A stretch of 64,000 nt of DNA, taken from NCBI RefSeq assembly GCF_009914755.1, contig NC_060935.1; one strand, written 5' to 3'. The DNA comes from the human T2T-CHM13v2.0 reference genome, Homo sapiens. Shown here piece by piece: positions 28,970 to 49,143 of this stretch (within the stretch, counting starts at the first letter, position 1; every line of letters begins with the position of its first letter). The translations under genes were made by a program, and so were the position numbers. The notes under the pieces are model-generated. The model made no database searches. It saw nothing but the letters and a program-made list of their open reading frames with translations, and had not been told where the DNA came from.

Positions 28970-30138
28970 ACCATTGTCTTTTAACTTTTATACTGGGGTA
29001 AAAGTGACTTATTCATCATCATTACAGTATTACAGTATTTGCTTATATATTTGCCTTTATCAGTGAGATTTATACTGTTATATTTGTTCATGTTACCTTT
29101 TAGCATTCTTTTGTTTTTGAACTCTATTTACTCCCTTTGGAATTTCTTGTCAGGATGGTCTAGTGGTGACAAACTGTCAGTTTTGTTTATCTAGGAAAGT
29201 CTTTATCTTTCCTTCATTTTAAAAGGACTGTTTTGTCAGGTATAGTATTCTCGGTTGGCAGGTTTTTTGTTTTTTTCTTCTTTCCTTTCTGTACTTTGAA
29301 TCTTGCAGGCCTGCAAGATTTCTGCTAAGAAATCTGCTGATAGACTTACGGAGATTTTCTTGCATGTGATCAGCTTTTCTCTTGCTGCTTTCAAAATTGT
29401 GTCTTTGCCTTTGCCTTTTGAAAATTTAATTTTAACATTTCTCAGTGCAGCCCTCTTTAGGTGTCACTTATTTGAGATCCTTTTGGTTCCATGAATTTAG
29501 ATATCCAGTTCCCTCCTGAGATTTTGGAAGTTTTACCCATTCCTTCTTTATTCTATCTCTTTGTCCTCCTCCTCCTCCTCTTACTCCTTCTCCTCTTCTC
29601 CTTACTCTTTCTCTTCTTATTCTTATTCATATTCTTTTCTCTCACACTCAGATCTCCAAGGTTGGCTGGCTTCCCCAAGTCTGCAGTGTTACCAATATAT
29701 CATTATACATGCATTATTTCTTTAAATAAGCTTTCTACCCCTTTCTCTCCCTTCTCTTCCCAGAGCTTCCCTTAATGCATATATTATTTTGCTAAGTGGT
29801 GGCTAATAAGTACTATAAGGTTTTCTTTATTCTTAAAAAGAATTTTTTTGGTTCCTTGAAATGGGTAATTACTTGTCTTTGAGCTAGCTGACTCCTTCTT
29901 CGGCTGATCGTGTCTAATGTAGAAGCTCTCTATTAAGTTTTTCAGCTGAGCCATTGTGTTCTTCAGCTCTAGAATTTCTGTTGGGTTTTTTTTTTTATGG
30001 CTTGTGTCTCTGCTGAGCATCTCTTTTTTCCCCAATGTATTGTTACCTGTGTTTGTTTAGTTGTTTATAATTGTTCTCTTTTAGCTCATGGTGCGCTCTT
30101 GAGATAATTACTTTGAATAATTTGTCAGGCAATTCATG

Positions 30139-30220
30139 GATCTCTATTTGTTTAAAGTTGGTAACTGGAGCTTCATTTTGATCTCTATTTGTTTAAAGTT
30201 GGTAACTGGAGCTTCATTTT
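30139..30220. repeat. Perfect 41-bp tandem duplication
   Basis: gatctctatttgtttaaagttggtaactggagcttcatttt x2. Confidence 0.97.
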
Positions 30221-31058
30221 GATCCTTTGGTAGTATCTTATTTCCCTGATTCTTTGTAAATCTTGTAGCCTTGCTTTGGTATCTGTGCATTTGAAGAAGT
30301 AGTCACTTCTTTTAGTTTTACACACTGGCTTCATCAAGCAAAGCACTTTGTTGGTCAGTCCAGCCAGCATTTCTGAGTGGACTGGCTGTAATGGTCTCTG
30401 AGTAGGCATTTCTGCTAGAGTCTGTAGGTGGGTGGACCATTGTCAGGGTACCTAGGTGGATTGGCTTGGTGCCAGGGTCCATAGAGGTAGACCTGGTACT
30501 TGAGTTGGCAGAGGCATGCCTGATGCCAGAGGCCTGTGGGTTAGGCTTGTTGCCAGTGTCTGTAATGAAGAACCTAATGCCAGGTTCCACGGAGGCATCA
30601 GAAACTCACTTCTTTCTTCCTTTTCCTCATGAGAGAACTCACAGGCTAATACTGATTACTATCAGCACTGCACTGTACATTCTTAAGGGAGGAGTGACAT
30701 GGGTAAAGTGAAACATTTTTTTTATCCCCTTTAATATGTCTTTTCTCATTTACATGCTCTACATGAGTGCTATAACCTCTTTCTTAGATTATGGATCTTG
30801 TGTAAAGGTATTTTTTTTAATGGATGGTTGTTAAAATGGTGTTTTTGTAGGGAGCTGAGAACTTGAGCCTCTTATTACACTATCTAGTGGTTGCCACCAA
30901 TTCAACACTTTTAAGATGACGTATATACGTAAATAATATATATAAGCATTGTTTTCAGTAGAAGTGTTAATATCCGTAACTTAACTTGGTATTACTAGAA
31001 CAAAATGCATTTAAAATGTGCTTTTAATGTTTTAACTAACATTTTTGTTGTTTTGTAG

Positions 31059-31245
31059 CAGGAAATTTTATTTTTAAATTCTCTTCTGTATTGCCAAAAC
31101 AGAAAGTATCCACTTTTTAAAAACCCTTTTACTGAATAGAGAGCTCTACAAATATTTTCTACAAATACTATTGTTTAAAAGCACAAGTGACCACCTTGGG
31201 ACAGTCTGAAGAGCTGTATCTGATTGTCAATTCACTCTTTAGTGT
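31059..31245 (+). pseudogene. Decayed LRR exon, LRRIQ3-like
   Basis: Branch point actaac 31035-31040 plus tttttgttgttttgtag|; QEILFLN...RALQIFSTNTIV*...DSLKSCI*L vs recalled LRRIQ3 QKDFVFVK...CIFSNNFI...PLQSCIKL. Confidence 0.55.
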
Positions 31246-31303
31246 TTTTTTTAGCAAAATGTTTGGGGACCTTAAAATTTCCTTTCATGTTTTTGACCCT
31301 TAG

Positions 31304-31662
31304 GCCACACTGGGTTACATACTTCTGGATAATACGATTGAGGTCATTTTTGTACTACATAAAATATATTTGCCAAGTGTAACTCATAAAAGGAATTAGA
31401 ATGAAAATGAGCCCAGTTAGACATGGTTTCAAGTGAATATTAATAGGAAGGCAGTCAAGGAACTTTCTCAGTTATAGGCTGAGCCTGTCCTTTCATGGCA
31501 TTTTATCTGTGCTTTGCTTTTGCTCAGCCGTGGGGTTTCAGGCAGTCTGTTCTTGACTTAGGTCTGTGGCACTTGGAATACAATGATTCTGGCTTATTTT
31601 AGGGTTTTAAACTTTCTGCCCAGTGTTCACATTTTATATTTACACACTTATGTGTCTATTAA
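31304..31662 (+). pseudogene. Possible second decayed LRR exon
   Basis: tttttgacccttag| acceptor; fragments YFW..., LY/LH across frameshifts echo LRRIQ3 KFW...LYLHDN; weak. Confidence 0.3.
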
Positions 31663-31692
31663 GTAATTATAAATATTTGCTTTGTTTTGAAG

Positions 31693-31945
31693 GATGATGC
31701 TCTTTGAAGTGAAGTTGACCTATGGATACTATTTTTAATGAAGAAATAAATTTATACCGAGTAGTAATTCCAGTATTACACATACAAAGATACTTCTTAG
31801 GTTTGTTTCTGAAATCTCTCTTGATAAAATCTCTTACTTTGATTCTGCCTCTTGACCAAAAGTATAAAAAAATTTTCAGTTACTTGAGCCTAATTTTTGT
31901 GTTTGTTTCTATCCGCTTACTTTCCAGGGACAAGAGAATGTTTTT
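31693..31945 (+). pseudogene. Decayed IQ-motif exon, LRRIQ3-like
   Basis: tttgctttgttttgaag|GATGAT...ATGTTTTT|gtgagt; DDAL*SEVDL/MDTIFNEEINLYRVVIPVLHIQRYFLGLFLK aligns without gaps (one frameshift) to recalled LRRIQ3 GTTYEEEINNIKHITSKINAILAHNSPVLIVQRWIRGFLVR. Confidence 0.6.
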
Positions 31946-32189
31946 GTGAGTAGACACACTTAAATTTGAAAACACTTTAAAATCAGACAATATTGTGCAG
32001 ACAATAAGTTTTGGAAAGCTCTGTCGGTTCATACCTCTGGGTCTTTGGCCATGCTTCTCTCTCTCCTCCTGTCTGGCCAATTTTTTCTTATCCTTCACAA
32101 CTTCTCTAGAAGTGCTTCCTTGACTTTCTAATCTGGATAAGCTTGTGCAACTCTATTTATCCTTTTCAGCTGTCACTTGTTCTACCATG

Positions 32190-32440
32190 ATGTAGCTAAC
32201 TGGCATGAAACTCAGGCTGTAGAACCACACTACTTGGGCTCAAATCTAAGATCCACTAGTGGCAAGCTGTGTGACTCTGGACAAATTCTTTAATGTCATC
32301 ATGTCTCAGTGTCCTCGTCTATAAGACAGGTTAGTAATTTCCTCAAAAGATTGGGTGAAGATTCTATTAGATGCTAATGGTATACACAGAAAACCTAATA
32401 CAGTTTGGACATAATAGGAACTCAGTAGATGTATACTATT
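32190..32440 (+). mobile_element. MIR
   Basis: 'agctgtgtgactctggacaaattc...tctcagtgtcctcgtctataa'. Confidence 0.75.
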
Positions 32441-33694
32441 ATTTTTGAAGCTGTTAGCACATTGGGTTAAGATCATTGGCTAATTTCTATGAGAGCCTCA
32501 TATCCCCTGCTTGCAGATTGAGATATCATTGAAATCAGAGATGGTCCTTCATCTCTGTCTGCTCAGCACCTGTCATGGTACCTGAAACATGGCAGGCTCT
32601 CAGGAAGAGTGAGACTAAAGAGTGAATCAATCTATGGATTCCAGAGCTTTCAGGAGAGTTGTTAGACGATTATAAGAGCTGACATTTCAGTATAATATCT
32701 AAGTGACCTTACATTTCTGCCACAATGTCTCTTCCAGAGAGTTCTTCCAGAGTGGAGTGTTGTACGGACCTTTATTATTATTTGTGGCCAAAGCAGTTTT
32801 AAATATCAATGTTTGAAGCTTGTGGGTATATATCTGTTTTGTGTGTGCACTTGTGTGTGTGTATGAGAGGTAGATAGATAGGTAGATAGAATATGTTCCC
32901 TGTGATAGTGAAAAATGCCTGAAGCAATTCGCTAAAACATCATGTTATCCAATAATGGCCAAAAGTTCTTAGAGGAATGTTCACTAACCCTCTCCATTTC
33001 AATCCCATGAAGACGTAGGTGAAAGTCAAAAGCAGACATCTTGCCCTCACTCTTATCCCCTTCTGTTCCTATCTATGACAGAGGATCATGTAGTCCTTCT
33101 GTGAAGACCTAGACTCACAGGGGTCAGAGTGCAAAGCCAGAGAAGACTCTCCCAAAGATGGATCCATGAGGAAGGGCCCTGCTGGTATAGGAAGTGCTCT
33201 GGTTCTTCTGCAAGAATGAGCTATCTCTGCACCCACAGCCTGAGGGTGTGTAAACTCTGAATAAGTGTGCACAATGCATTGGAGTCCACTCATGTTCATT
33301 TACAATCTCTATTACTGTCTTCATTGAACAGGGTGACTGCTGCCTGCTGAGCATTCGGAGACCAAATAGAGAATCAGGGAGGAAGAATGGAGAGTAGAAA
33401 CACTCACTGATCATTATTTAAGCTGACAATGTGGCTGACTTCTACTAAAGTAAGCATTGTTAATGTCTTATTGACCACCTGACTGCCTAGTGGTTGCTAT
33501 CACCATTTCTTCACCTTTCACCTTGCTTAGGTTTTCTTGTAGACTGCTGAATGTTTAAAAAATCTTGGCTCAGATAATGCTGTGTCACTGAGGGCAACCC
33601 TGTTACCCGTGAAATGTTTGTGTTCTTCATGTTTATTTCGCCATTTGTACTTGTCATTGCCTAACTCCAGCAGCACCCTCAAGGAGTGGCAGCA

Positions 33695-33900
33695 TCTTGT
33701 GGTTGAAAAAGGGCTGGGCTTAGAGTCAGAGGCCTGTTTCATCCTGGCCCTCCACAATTTGTCACTCAGGTGTGACCCTGGGCAAACCACTTAACCCTAT
33801 TGCTTCTGTATCTGCAAAGAGAATGGGGTCTAACACTGTCTGTAGACTTTCCTCACAGGATGTGGGAGGATCAACCAGATTTTAGTAAAGTACTTTTATG
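33695..33900 (+). mobile_element. MIR
   Basis: 'ggctttagagtcaga...tgtgaccctgggcaaaccacttaacc'. Confidence 0.75.
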
Positions 33901-35269
33901 ACTGTTATAAGACCTCTTACTCCTTGGCTCCATTAACATATGAACTTGCTTTAATATATTTTGCCTTTCTTAGGGAAAAGCCCTTGCTGAAGATGTAGCA
34001 GCAAAAGCAGAACTTCTCAGTGGAAAGGTCAAATTATGGGTTTTTAAAACAAGTAAGAACCTCCAAACATTCCAAATATTCACTGCCTTTGAATCCCTTT
34101 TCTGCCTGAAAGACTTTCTTGGTTAACCAGAAGGAATTAAAGAAAAAACAACACCCTACCCTTTATTTTCATGTCTGTGCCTTTAAACTTCTGTTCAGAA
34201 AAGGAAGGTGGTTTTAGATTATTTCAGGTGTTCTATTCAGATACAATTCCTAGGACCTTTTTCAGCAAAATAATTCAGAAATCCCAAAAGCAAGCATTTT
34301 GCAAATTAGAAGAATCTTGTACTTTCCTGATATAATTAATTCTTTACAAATATGGGTTCTCTTAAACTACTGGCCCCTTTAGGAAGAAGATCAAGCTCTA
34401 TTGATCTTTGAACCATTTCATAATAGCAGATTAGTAGTGGCTTAAGAAATTAATAAATACCTTCACAAAAACATTACTGGAATGGTAGATTTGTCTGTTA
34501 AACCTTGTAACACTCTTTAAATTCCCAAACACTTGGAAAATATTCCTCAATCTCCTATAGTGGGATATAGTCTAATGGCAAAGAAAACTCTGCTCCTATT
34601 CTGAGAAAGCTTAATGACTGGGGAAAATGTGGTTCATATTTAAGCAAGGCTGAGCCACATCATGGGACTGCAGAGGAGAAAGCACCCAATTCTTCCTGGA
34701 AGGGTGTGCAAAGGCTCAGGAAGCAGATAATTTAGCCAAGTGTTGATGCATGCACTATGAGATTGCCAGAAAGATGAGGAGGCTCATGAGGCATTCCAGA
34801 AAGAGGGAATAGCTTGGCTAGATCAGAAATCTGGAGACATCCCCAGCCATTCTTGCTGGGGTAGATTCTGCAATGGTGCCTTTAGGGTGGCCCTGACATT
34901 GTATATAAATGCACAGGGAGACGTGTCTGACTAGGGTGCCTGAAGCAACAGCATATCATTGCATTGAGAAAACAGAGTTTATCTCTCTTTTTTTTTTAAT
35001 GGGATATGATGAAAATAATACAGGTTATTGATGTAAAACTAGGAAAAAATTAAACTGCATATGAAGACAATAAAATAATCACCCACAATACCTTCATTCA
35101 GGGGTAATCATTGGTAACATTTTATATTTTCCTTCTTCTATGCATATTATTTTACCCAGCTGTGATAAGACTAATATTGTTTTAATGTATCTGCCCTTCA
35201 ACATTTTGTTCAGAAAAGACTAATAATATGCATAAAATATGCAATATATACATTGGAAAGGAAATCCTA

Positions 35270-35757
35270 TTTTTTATTTTTTAACTTTTCTGGGTACATA
35301 GCAGTTGTATGTATTTACGGGGTACATGAGATATTTTGAAACAAGCATGCAATGTGTAATAATCACATCACGTAAAATGAAGTATCCATCCCCTCAAGCA
35401 TTTATCCTTTGTGTTACAAACAATCCGTTTATACTTTTTTAGTTATTTTAAAATATACAATTAAATTATGATAGACTAGAGTCACCATGTTGTGCTAGCA
35501 AATACTAGGTCATATTCATTCTATTTTTTTATACCCCTTAGCCATTTCCCTTACCACTGCCATTCTCAGCTTTTGGTAATCATTCTGTCCATCTCCATGA
35601 ATGTAATTGTTCAGATTTTTAGATCCTACAAGTAAGTGAGAATATGTGAAGTTTGTCTTTCTGTGCCCGACTAATTTTACTTAACCTAATGATCTCCGGT
35701 TCCATACATGTTGCGAGTGACAGGATCTCATTGTTTTTTATGGCTGAATAGAACTCC

Positions 35758-35807
<50 letters not shown>

Positions 35808-35815
35808 ATTTTTTC
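35270..35815 (-). mobile_element. L1MA2 3' end with internal (TA)n at 35762-35804
   Basis: 'gggtacatgagatattttgaaacaagcatgcaatgtgtaataatcacatc'. Confidence 0.9.
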
Positions 35816-36037
35816 ATATTTAGTGTTTATTACAAATATTTTATGATTTTAGTAATATATAAGATTTAATACCACCTTAATTGTGAATGTGCATAGTTCA
35901 CCATTAAAACATAGGAGACTCTTAAACTATCTTCTTGGTATAAATTGACATCTTACAACTTTTTGAAGAAATGTATATTTATACTTCTAACAGTTCAAAT
36001 CCAGTAAATTTTTATAACTTTACAGCATATGTATTTA

Positions 36038-42677
<6,640 letters not shown>

Positions 42678-42681
42678 TAAC

Positions 42682-44348
42682 CCATATTTTCTTGATCCAG
42701 TCACCTGTTTTTGGACAGTTAGGGTGCTTCCAAATCTTGGCTATTGTGCACAGTACTGCAACAAACATGGGAGTGCAAATATCACTTTGATATACTAATT
42801 TCCTTTCTTTTGGGTATGTACCCAGCAGTGGGATTGATGGATTATATAGTAGCTATATTTGTAGGTTTTTGAAGAACCTCCATACTGTTCTCTATAGCGG
42901 CTGTAGTAATTTGCATTCCCACCAACAGCATACAAGATTTCCCTTTCTCCACATCCTTACCAGCATTTGCTATTGCCTTTCTTTTAGATACAAGCCATTT
43001 TAACTAGAGTGAGATGGTATCTCATTGTAGTTTTGATTTGCATTTCTCGGATCATCAATAATGATGTTGAGCACCTTTTCATATGCCTGTTTGCCATTTG
43101 TATATTTTCTTTTGAAAAATGTCTATTTAAATATTTTGTCCATTTTTTAATAGGATTATTGCATTTTTTTCTATGAAGTTGTTTGAGCTACTTAGATAAT
43201 CTAGTTATTAGTACCTTGTCAGATAGGTAGTTTGCAAATATTTTCTCCCATTCTGTGGGTTGTCACTCCACTTTGTTGATTGTTTCCTTTTCTGTGCAGA
43301 AGCTTTTTAACTCAATGAGATCCAGTTTGTTCATTTTTGTTTTGGTTGCCGGTGTTTGTGGGGTATAACTCACAACATTTTTGCCCAGACCAATGTCTTG
43401 GAAGAGTTTTCTCAATGCCTTCTTATAGTAGTTTCATAGTTTGCATTCTTAGATTTAAGTCTTTAATCTATTTTGATTTTATGTTTGTGTATGGTAAGAG
43501 ATAGAGGATCTAGTTGCATTCTTCTACATATGGATATCCAATTTTCCAGTACCACTTATTGAAGAAACTGTCTTTTCCCCAGTGTATGTTCTTGATACCT
43601 TTGTCAAAAATGAGTTCACTGTAGGTGTGTGGATTTATTTCTCGGTTCTCCATTCTGTTTCTTTGGTCTATGTGTCTTTTTTAATGCCAGTACCATGGTG
43701 TCTTGATCATTATAGTTCTATAGTATAAAGTCTGGTAATGTGATTCCTCTACTTTTATTATTTTTGCTTAGGATAGTTTTAACTATTCTAGATCTTTTGT
43801 GGTTCTATACATATTTTAGGGTTTTTTTTTTCTATCTTTGAAAAATGTCATTGGTATTTTGATAGGGATTGCATTGAATCTATTGGTTGCTTTGGGTAAT
43901 ATGGACATTTTGGACAATATTCTTTGGATTCATAAACATGGAATCTCTTCATTTTTTGGTGTCTTCTTCAAATTTTTTCATCAGTGTTTCATAGTTTTTA
44001 TTATAGAGGTCTTTCACTTCTTTGGTTAAGTTAATCCTTAGGTATTTAACTTTATTTGTGGCTGTTGTAAATGGGATTACTTTTTAGATTTATTTTCAGA
44101 TACTTTGGTGTTGGCATATAGAAACACTCCTGATCTGTACGCTGATTTTGTATCCTGTAGCTTTACTGAATTTCCTTGTCAGTTCTAATAGTTTTTTGGA
44201 GGAGTCTTGAGGTGTTTCCAAATATAAGATTATATCATCTGCAAATAAGGATAATTTGACTTCTTCTTTTCCAATTTGGATGCCCTTTATTTCTTTCTCT
44301 TGGCTGATTGCTCTAGCTAGGACATCCACTACTATATTGAATAACAGT
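42682..44348 (-). mobile_element. L1MA2 continuation (ORF2 3' part)
   Basis: Resumes where the 35270-35815 piece stops. Confidence 0.85.
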
Positions 44349-46132
44349 GCTTTTTTCTGCGTCTATTGAGATGATCACATGATTTTTGTTTTTAATTCTG
44401 TTTATGTGGTGTATAACATTTATTGACTTGCATATGTTAAACCATTCCTGGCATGAAACCCACTTGATCATGGTTGATTATCTTTTTGACATGTTGTTGG
44501 ATTCAGTTAGCTAGTATTTTGTTAAGAGTTTTAGCATCTATGTTCATCAGGGATATCGGTCTGTAGTTTTCTTTTTGGTTATGTCCTTTCCTGGTTTTGG
44601 TGTTAGGGCAATGCTGGCTTCATAGAATGAATTAGGGAGGGTTCCTTCTTTCTTTGTCTTGTGGAATAATGTCCAAAGGATTTGTACCAATTCTTCTTTG
44701 AATGTCTGTTAGAATTCTGCTGTGAATCCCTCTGGTCCTGGACTTTTTTTTGTTTGTAATTTTTAAATTACCATTTCAATCTCGCTGCTTGTTATTGGTC
44801 TGTTCAGGGTATCTAATTCTTCCTGATTTAAGCTAGGAGAGCTGTATATTTCCAGGAATTTATCCATCTCTTCCAGGTTTTCTAGTTTATGTGCATAAAG
44901 ATGTTCATAGTAGCCTGGAATGATCTTTTGTATTTCAGTGATGTCAGTTGTAATATTTCCTGTTTCATTTCTTAGCGAGGTTATTTGGATTTTCTCTCTT
45001 CTTTTCTCAGTTAATCTTGCTGTTGGTTTATCAATTTCATTTATCTTTTCAAAGAACCAGCTTTCTGTTTCATTTATCTTTTGTGTTGTTTTCTGTTGTT
45101 TCAATTTCATTTAGTTCTGCTCTGATCTTGGTTATTTCCTTTCTTCTGCTGGGTTTGTTCTTGTTTATCTGGTTCCTTGAGGTGTGACCCTAGAATGTCA
45201 GTTTGTGCTCGTTCAGTCTTTTTGATGTAGGCGTTTAGGCTATGTGTTTTTCCCTTAGCACTGCCTTTGCTGTAACCCAGAGGTTTTGATATGTTGTGTC
45301 ATTATTGTCATTCAGTTTGGATAATTTTTTTAATTTCCATCTTGGTTTCATTTTTGACCCAGTGCTCATTCAGGAGCAGGTTATTTAATTTCCATGTATT
45401 TGCGTGGTTTTGAAGGTTCCTTTTGAAATTGATTTACAGTTTTATTCCATCGTGGTCTGAGAGAGTGATTGATATAATTTCAATTTTCTCAAATTTATTG
45501 AGGCTTGTTTTATGGCCTATCATATGGTCTATCTTGGAGAAAGTTCTATACGCTGTTAAATAGATTGTGTATTCTGTGGTTGTTGGATGGAATGTTCTGT
45601 ATATATCTGCTAAGTCCATTTGTTCCAAGGTATAGTTTAAGTCCATTGTTTCTTTGTTGACTTTCTGTCTTCATGACCTGTCTAGTACTGTCAGTGGAGT
45701 ATTGAATTCCCCCACTGTTACTGTGTGCTATCTTGTTTCTTAAGTCTGTTAGTAATTGTTTTATAAATTTGGGAGCTCCAGTGTTAGGTGCATATGTGTT
45801 TAGGATTGTGACATTTTGCTGTTGGACAAGGCCTTTTACCATTATGTAATGTCCCTCTTGGTCTCTTTTAACTGCTTTTGCTTTAAAGTTTGTTTTCTCT
45901 GATGTAAGAATAGCTACCCCTGCTCGCTTTTGATGTCCATTTGTGTGGAATGCCTTTTTCTACCCCTTTACTTTAAGTTTATTTGAGTACTTACGTGTTA
46001 GGTGAGTCTCAGAAGGTAGCAAATGGTTGGTGAGTTCTTATACATTCTGTAGGTCTGTATCTTTTAAGTGGAGCATTTAGGCCATTTACATTTAATGTTA
46101 GTATTGAGAAGTCAGGTACCATTGCGTTCACT

Positions 46133-46167
<35 letters not shown>

Positions 46168-48495
46168 TTTTAACTTGTATTTTTGTCTTATATGTCCTGT
46201 GTGATTTATGCTTTAAAGGGGTTCTGTTTTGATGTGTTGCCAGGATTTGTTTCAAGAATTAGACCTTGTTTTAGCATTTCTTATAGTGGTGGCTTGGTAA
46301 TGGTGCATTTTCTCAGCATTTGTTTTTCTGAAAAAGACTGTATTTCCTTCATATATGATGCTTAGTTTTGCTGGATACAAAATTATTGGCTGATAATTGT
46401 TTTCTTTGAGGAGGCTGAAGATAGGGCCCCAATCCCTTCTAGCTTGTAGGGTTTCTGCTGAGAAATCTGCTGTTAATTTGATAGGTTTTCCATTACCTGG
46501 TGCTTCTGTCTCACAGCTCTTAAGATTCTTTCCTCCATCTGAAATTTGGATAAACTGATGACAGTTGCCTAGGTGATTAGTTTTTTGTGATTAATTTCCC
46601 GGGTTTTCTTTGTGCTTCTTGTATTTGGATGTCTAGGTCTCTAGCAAGGCTGGGGAAGTTTTCCTTGATTATTTCCCAAATACGTTTTTCAAACTCTCAG
46701 ATTTCTCTTCTTCCTTAGGGCACCGATTATTTTTAGGTTTGGTTGTTTAACATAATCCCAGACTTCTTGGAGTCTTTGTTCATATTTTCTTATTCTTTTT
46801 TCTTTGTCTTTGTTGGATTGGGTTAATTCTAAGACCTGTCTTCTAGCTCTGAATTTCTTTCTTCTACTTTCAATTCCATTGCTGAGACTTTCCAGAGCAT
46901 TTTGCATTTCTGTAAGTGTGTCCAATGTTACCTGAAGTTTTGATTATTTTTTCTTTATGCTATCTAGTTCCTTGAATATCTCTCCCTTGTTGTATTGCTT
47001 TTTTGGATTTCCTTGCATTGGGCCTAGCCTTTCTCTGGTGCCTCTCTGATTAGCTTAATAACTAATTCTTTTTCAGGTAAATCAGGGATTTCTTCTTGGT
47101 TTAGATCCATTGCTGATGAACTAGTGTTATTTCTGGGAGGTGTTAAAGAGCCTTGTTTTGTTATATTGCCAGAGTTCGTTTTTCAGTTTCTTATCATTTG
47201 GGTTGGCACTGTCAGGGAGAAGGTCTCGGGCTGAAGGCTGTTGTTCAGATTCTTTTGTTCCACAGGGCATTCCCTTTATGTAGTACTCTCAACATTTTCC
47301 TATGGATGTGACTTCCTGTGAGCTGAACTGCAGTGATTCTTGTCTCTCTTCTGGGTCTAGCCACCCAGCAAGTCTACTTAGCTCTGGGATGGTACTGGGG
47401 GTTGTCTGCACAGAGTCCTGTGATGTGAACCATTTATGAGTCTCTCAGCCGTGAATACCATTTTGGTGGGGGTGGCAGGGGGGTGTAATGGACTCCATGA
47501 GGCTTCTTAGCCTTGGTGGTTTAAAGCTCTATTTTTGTGCTGGTTGGCCTCCTGCTGGGAGGTGGCACTTTCCAGAGAGCATCAGCTCTGGTAGTATGGA
47601 GAGGAACCAGCAGTGGGCAGGGCCCTAGAATTCCCAAGATTATATGCCCTTTGTCTTCAGCTACAAGCATAGGAGAGAAGGACCATCAGGTGGGAGCAGG
47701 GCTAGGCATGTCTGATCTCAGACTCTCCTTGGGCATATCTTGCTGCAGCTGCTGTGGGGAATGGGGGTGAGGTTCCCAGGTCAATGGAGTTGTATACCTA
47801 GAAGGATCATGGCTGCCTCTGCTGAGTCATGCAGGTTGTCAGGGAAGCGAGGGAAAGCCGGCAGTCGCATGTGTCACTCAGCTCCCAAGTAAACTGAAAG
47901 GCTGGTCTCACTCCCACTGTGCCCCCCTTAACAACCCTGAGTCTGTTTCCAGGTGGTGGGCAAGCTGAGCTTGATAACTTGCTTCAGGCTACCTGCCTCC
48001 AAGCTGGGAACAAAAAGGGCTCGGTTCTTCTCCCACCTGTGGAGTCTACAAACCAGATTTGTGCCCTCCCCCGAGTTCTGGCCAGGAGGCTTCTCATCCC
48101 GTTCAAATTGTTGCAAAGTTCAACTGGAGATATCCTTTTTTTCTGTGGTGTGTCCTCCCTCGCTCCTCTGGCCACCCTCCTGATGGATCCCTGTGGTGCC
48201 ATGTAGTAATGGCCTGCTAGGGGACCCAGTGGGCTCCCAGGGCCCTTCTGTTGCTTCCTCTGTCCTTGTATTTTGCTTGATTCTCTAAATTGACTCAGCT
48301 GTAGGTAAGGTCAGAAACTTTTCCTGCAAACAGACCTTCAGTTTCTCCAGTGGGGGTGTGTGTTTGGGAGTGAAGGATCTTCCTTTCCCACTTCCATGGT
48401 TGGGGCACTCATGGCATTTGGGGTGTCTACCAGGTCCTGCAGGAGCAGTCCGCTTCCTTCAAAGGGTCTGTGGGTCCTCTCAGGAATGCTGGTCT
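44349..48495 (-). mobile_element. L1PB/L1PBa 5' half (5' UTR, ORF1, ORF2 N-terminal part)
   Basis: Collinear with and similar to 38000-42560; ORF-track endonuclease and ORF1 fragments. Confidence 0.9.
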
Positions 48496-49143
48496 TAAAT
48501 GACTTTTAAATATTTATTGGCATTTTGTGACTTGTATGTTTATGTCTTTTATCCTTTTTCTATTGGAAGGTAAGGGGAAGACGGGGCAATATGACTATTT
48601 TCTTATAAAATTATATGGGTTTTAGAGATATCACCACTTGGTTATATTTAATGTAAACATTTATATATAGTTTTTTGATTACCTTTCAAGTAGATTTATC
48701 TAACCTACAGACATTTAGATTACAGTGCTCAAATCTTCAAAACAAGAGTCTGGACCTTTAAAAAATTACCATAATAGAACACATGATAAAAGCCACTTAT
48801 ATTTGTATTGAATTTATAAAGCGCAGTTGTTTAGATTTAGTAGCTTACTTGGAGGCAGACTACCATAAATGCAGACAAAAGGAAAGACCAAACACACAAG
48901 GGAAAAATCTTCATAAGGATAGAAGTAAATCTATCTTAGGAATTTTTAGACTCTCTTTTCTATGGATTCACTTAAAATTTCTTCCTGTACAACTATTCCT
49001 AAATATCGCACTATATTTGATATTATGTATCCTGTGTGCCTTTCCCAACAGATGTAAACTTCTTATTCACTTTGGAATCTTCTGTCAACTAAATATCTGT
49101 CACAAATGTGCCACTGGGTAAAGGTCTAACAAATTAATTAATA

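Noticed and set aside
48783-49121. 112-aa plus ORF
   Set aside because: No recognisable domain or splice context; its 3' part overlaps an L2-like end
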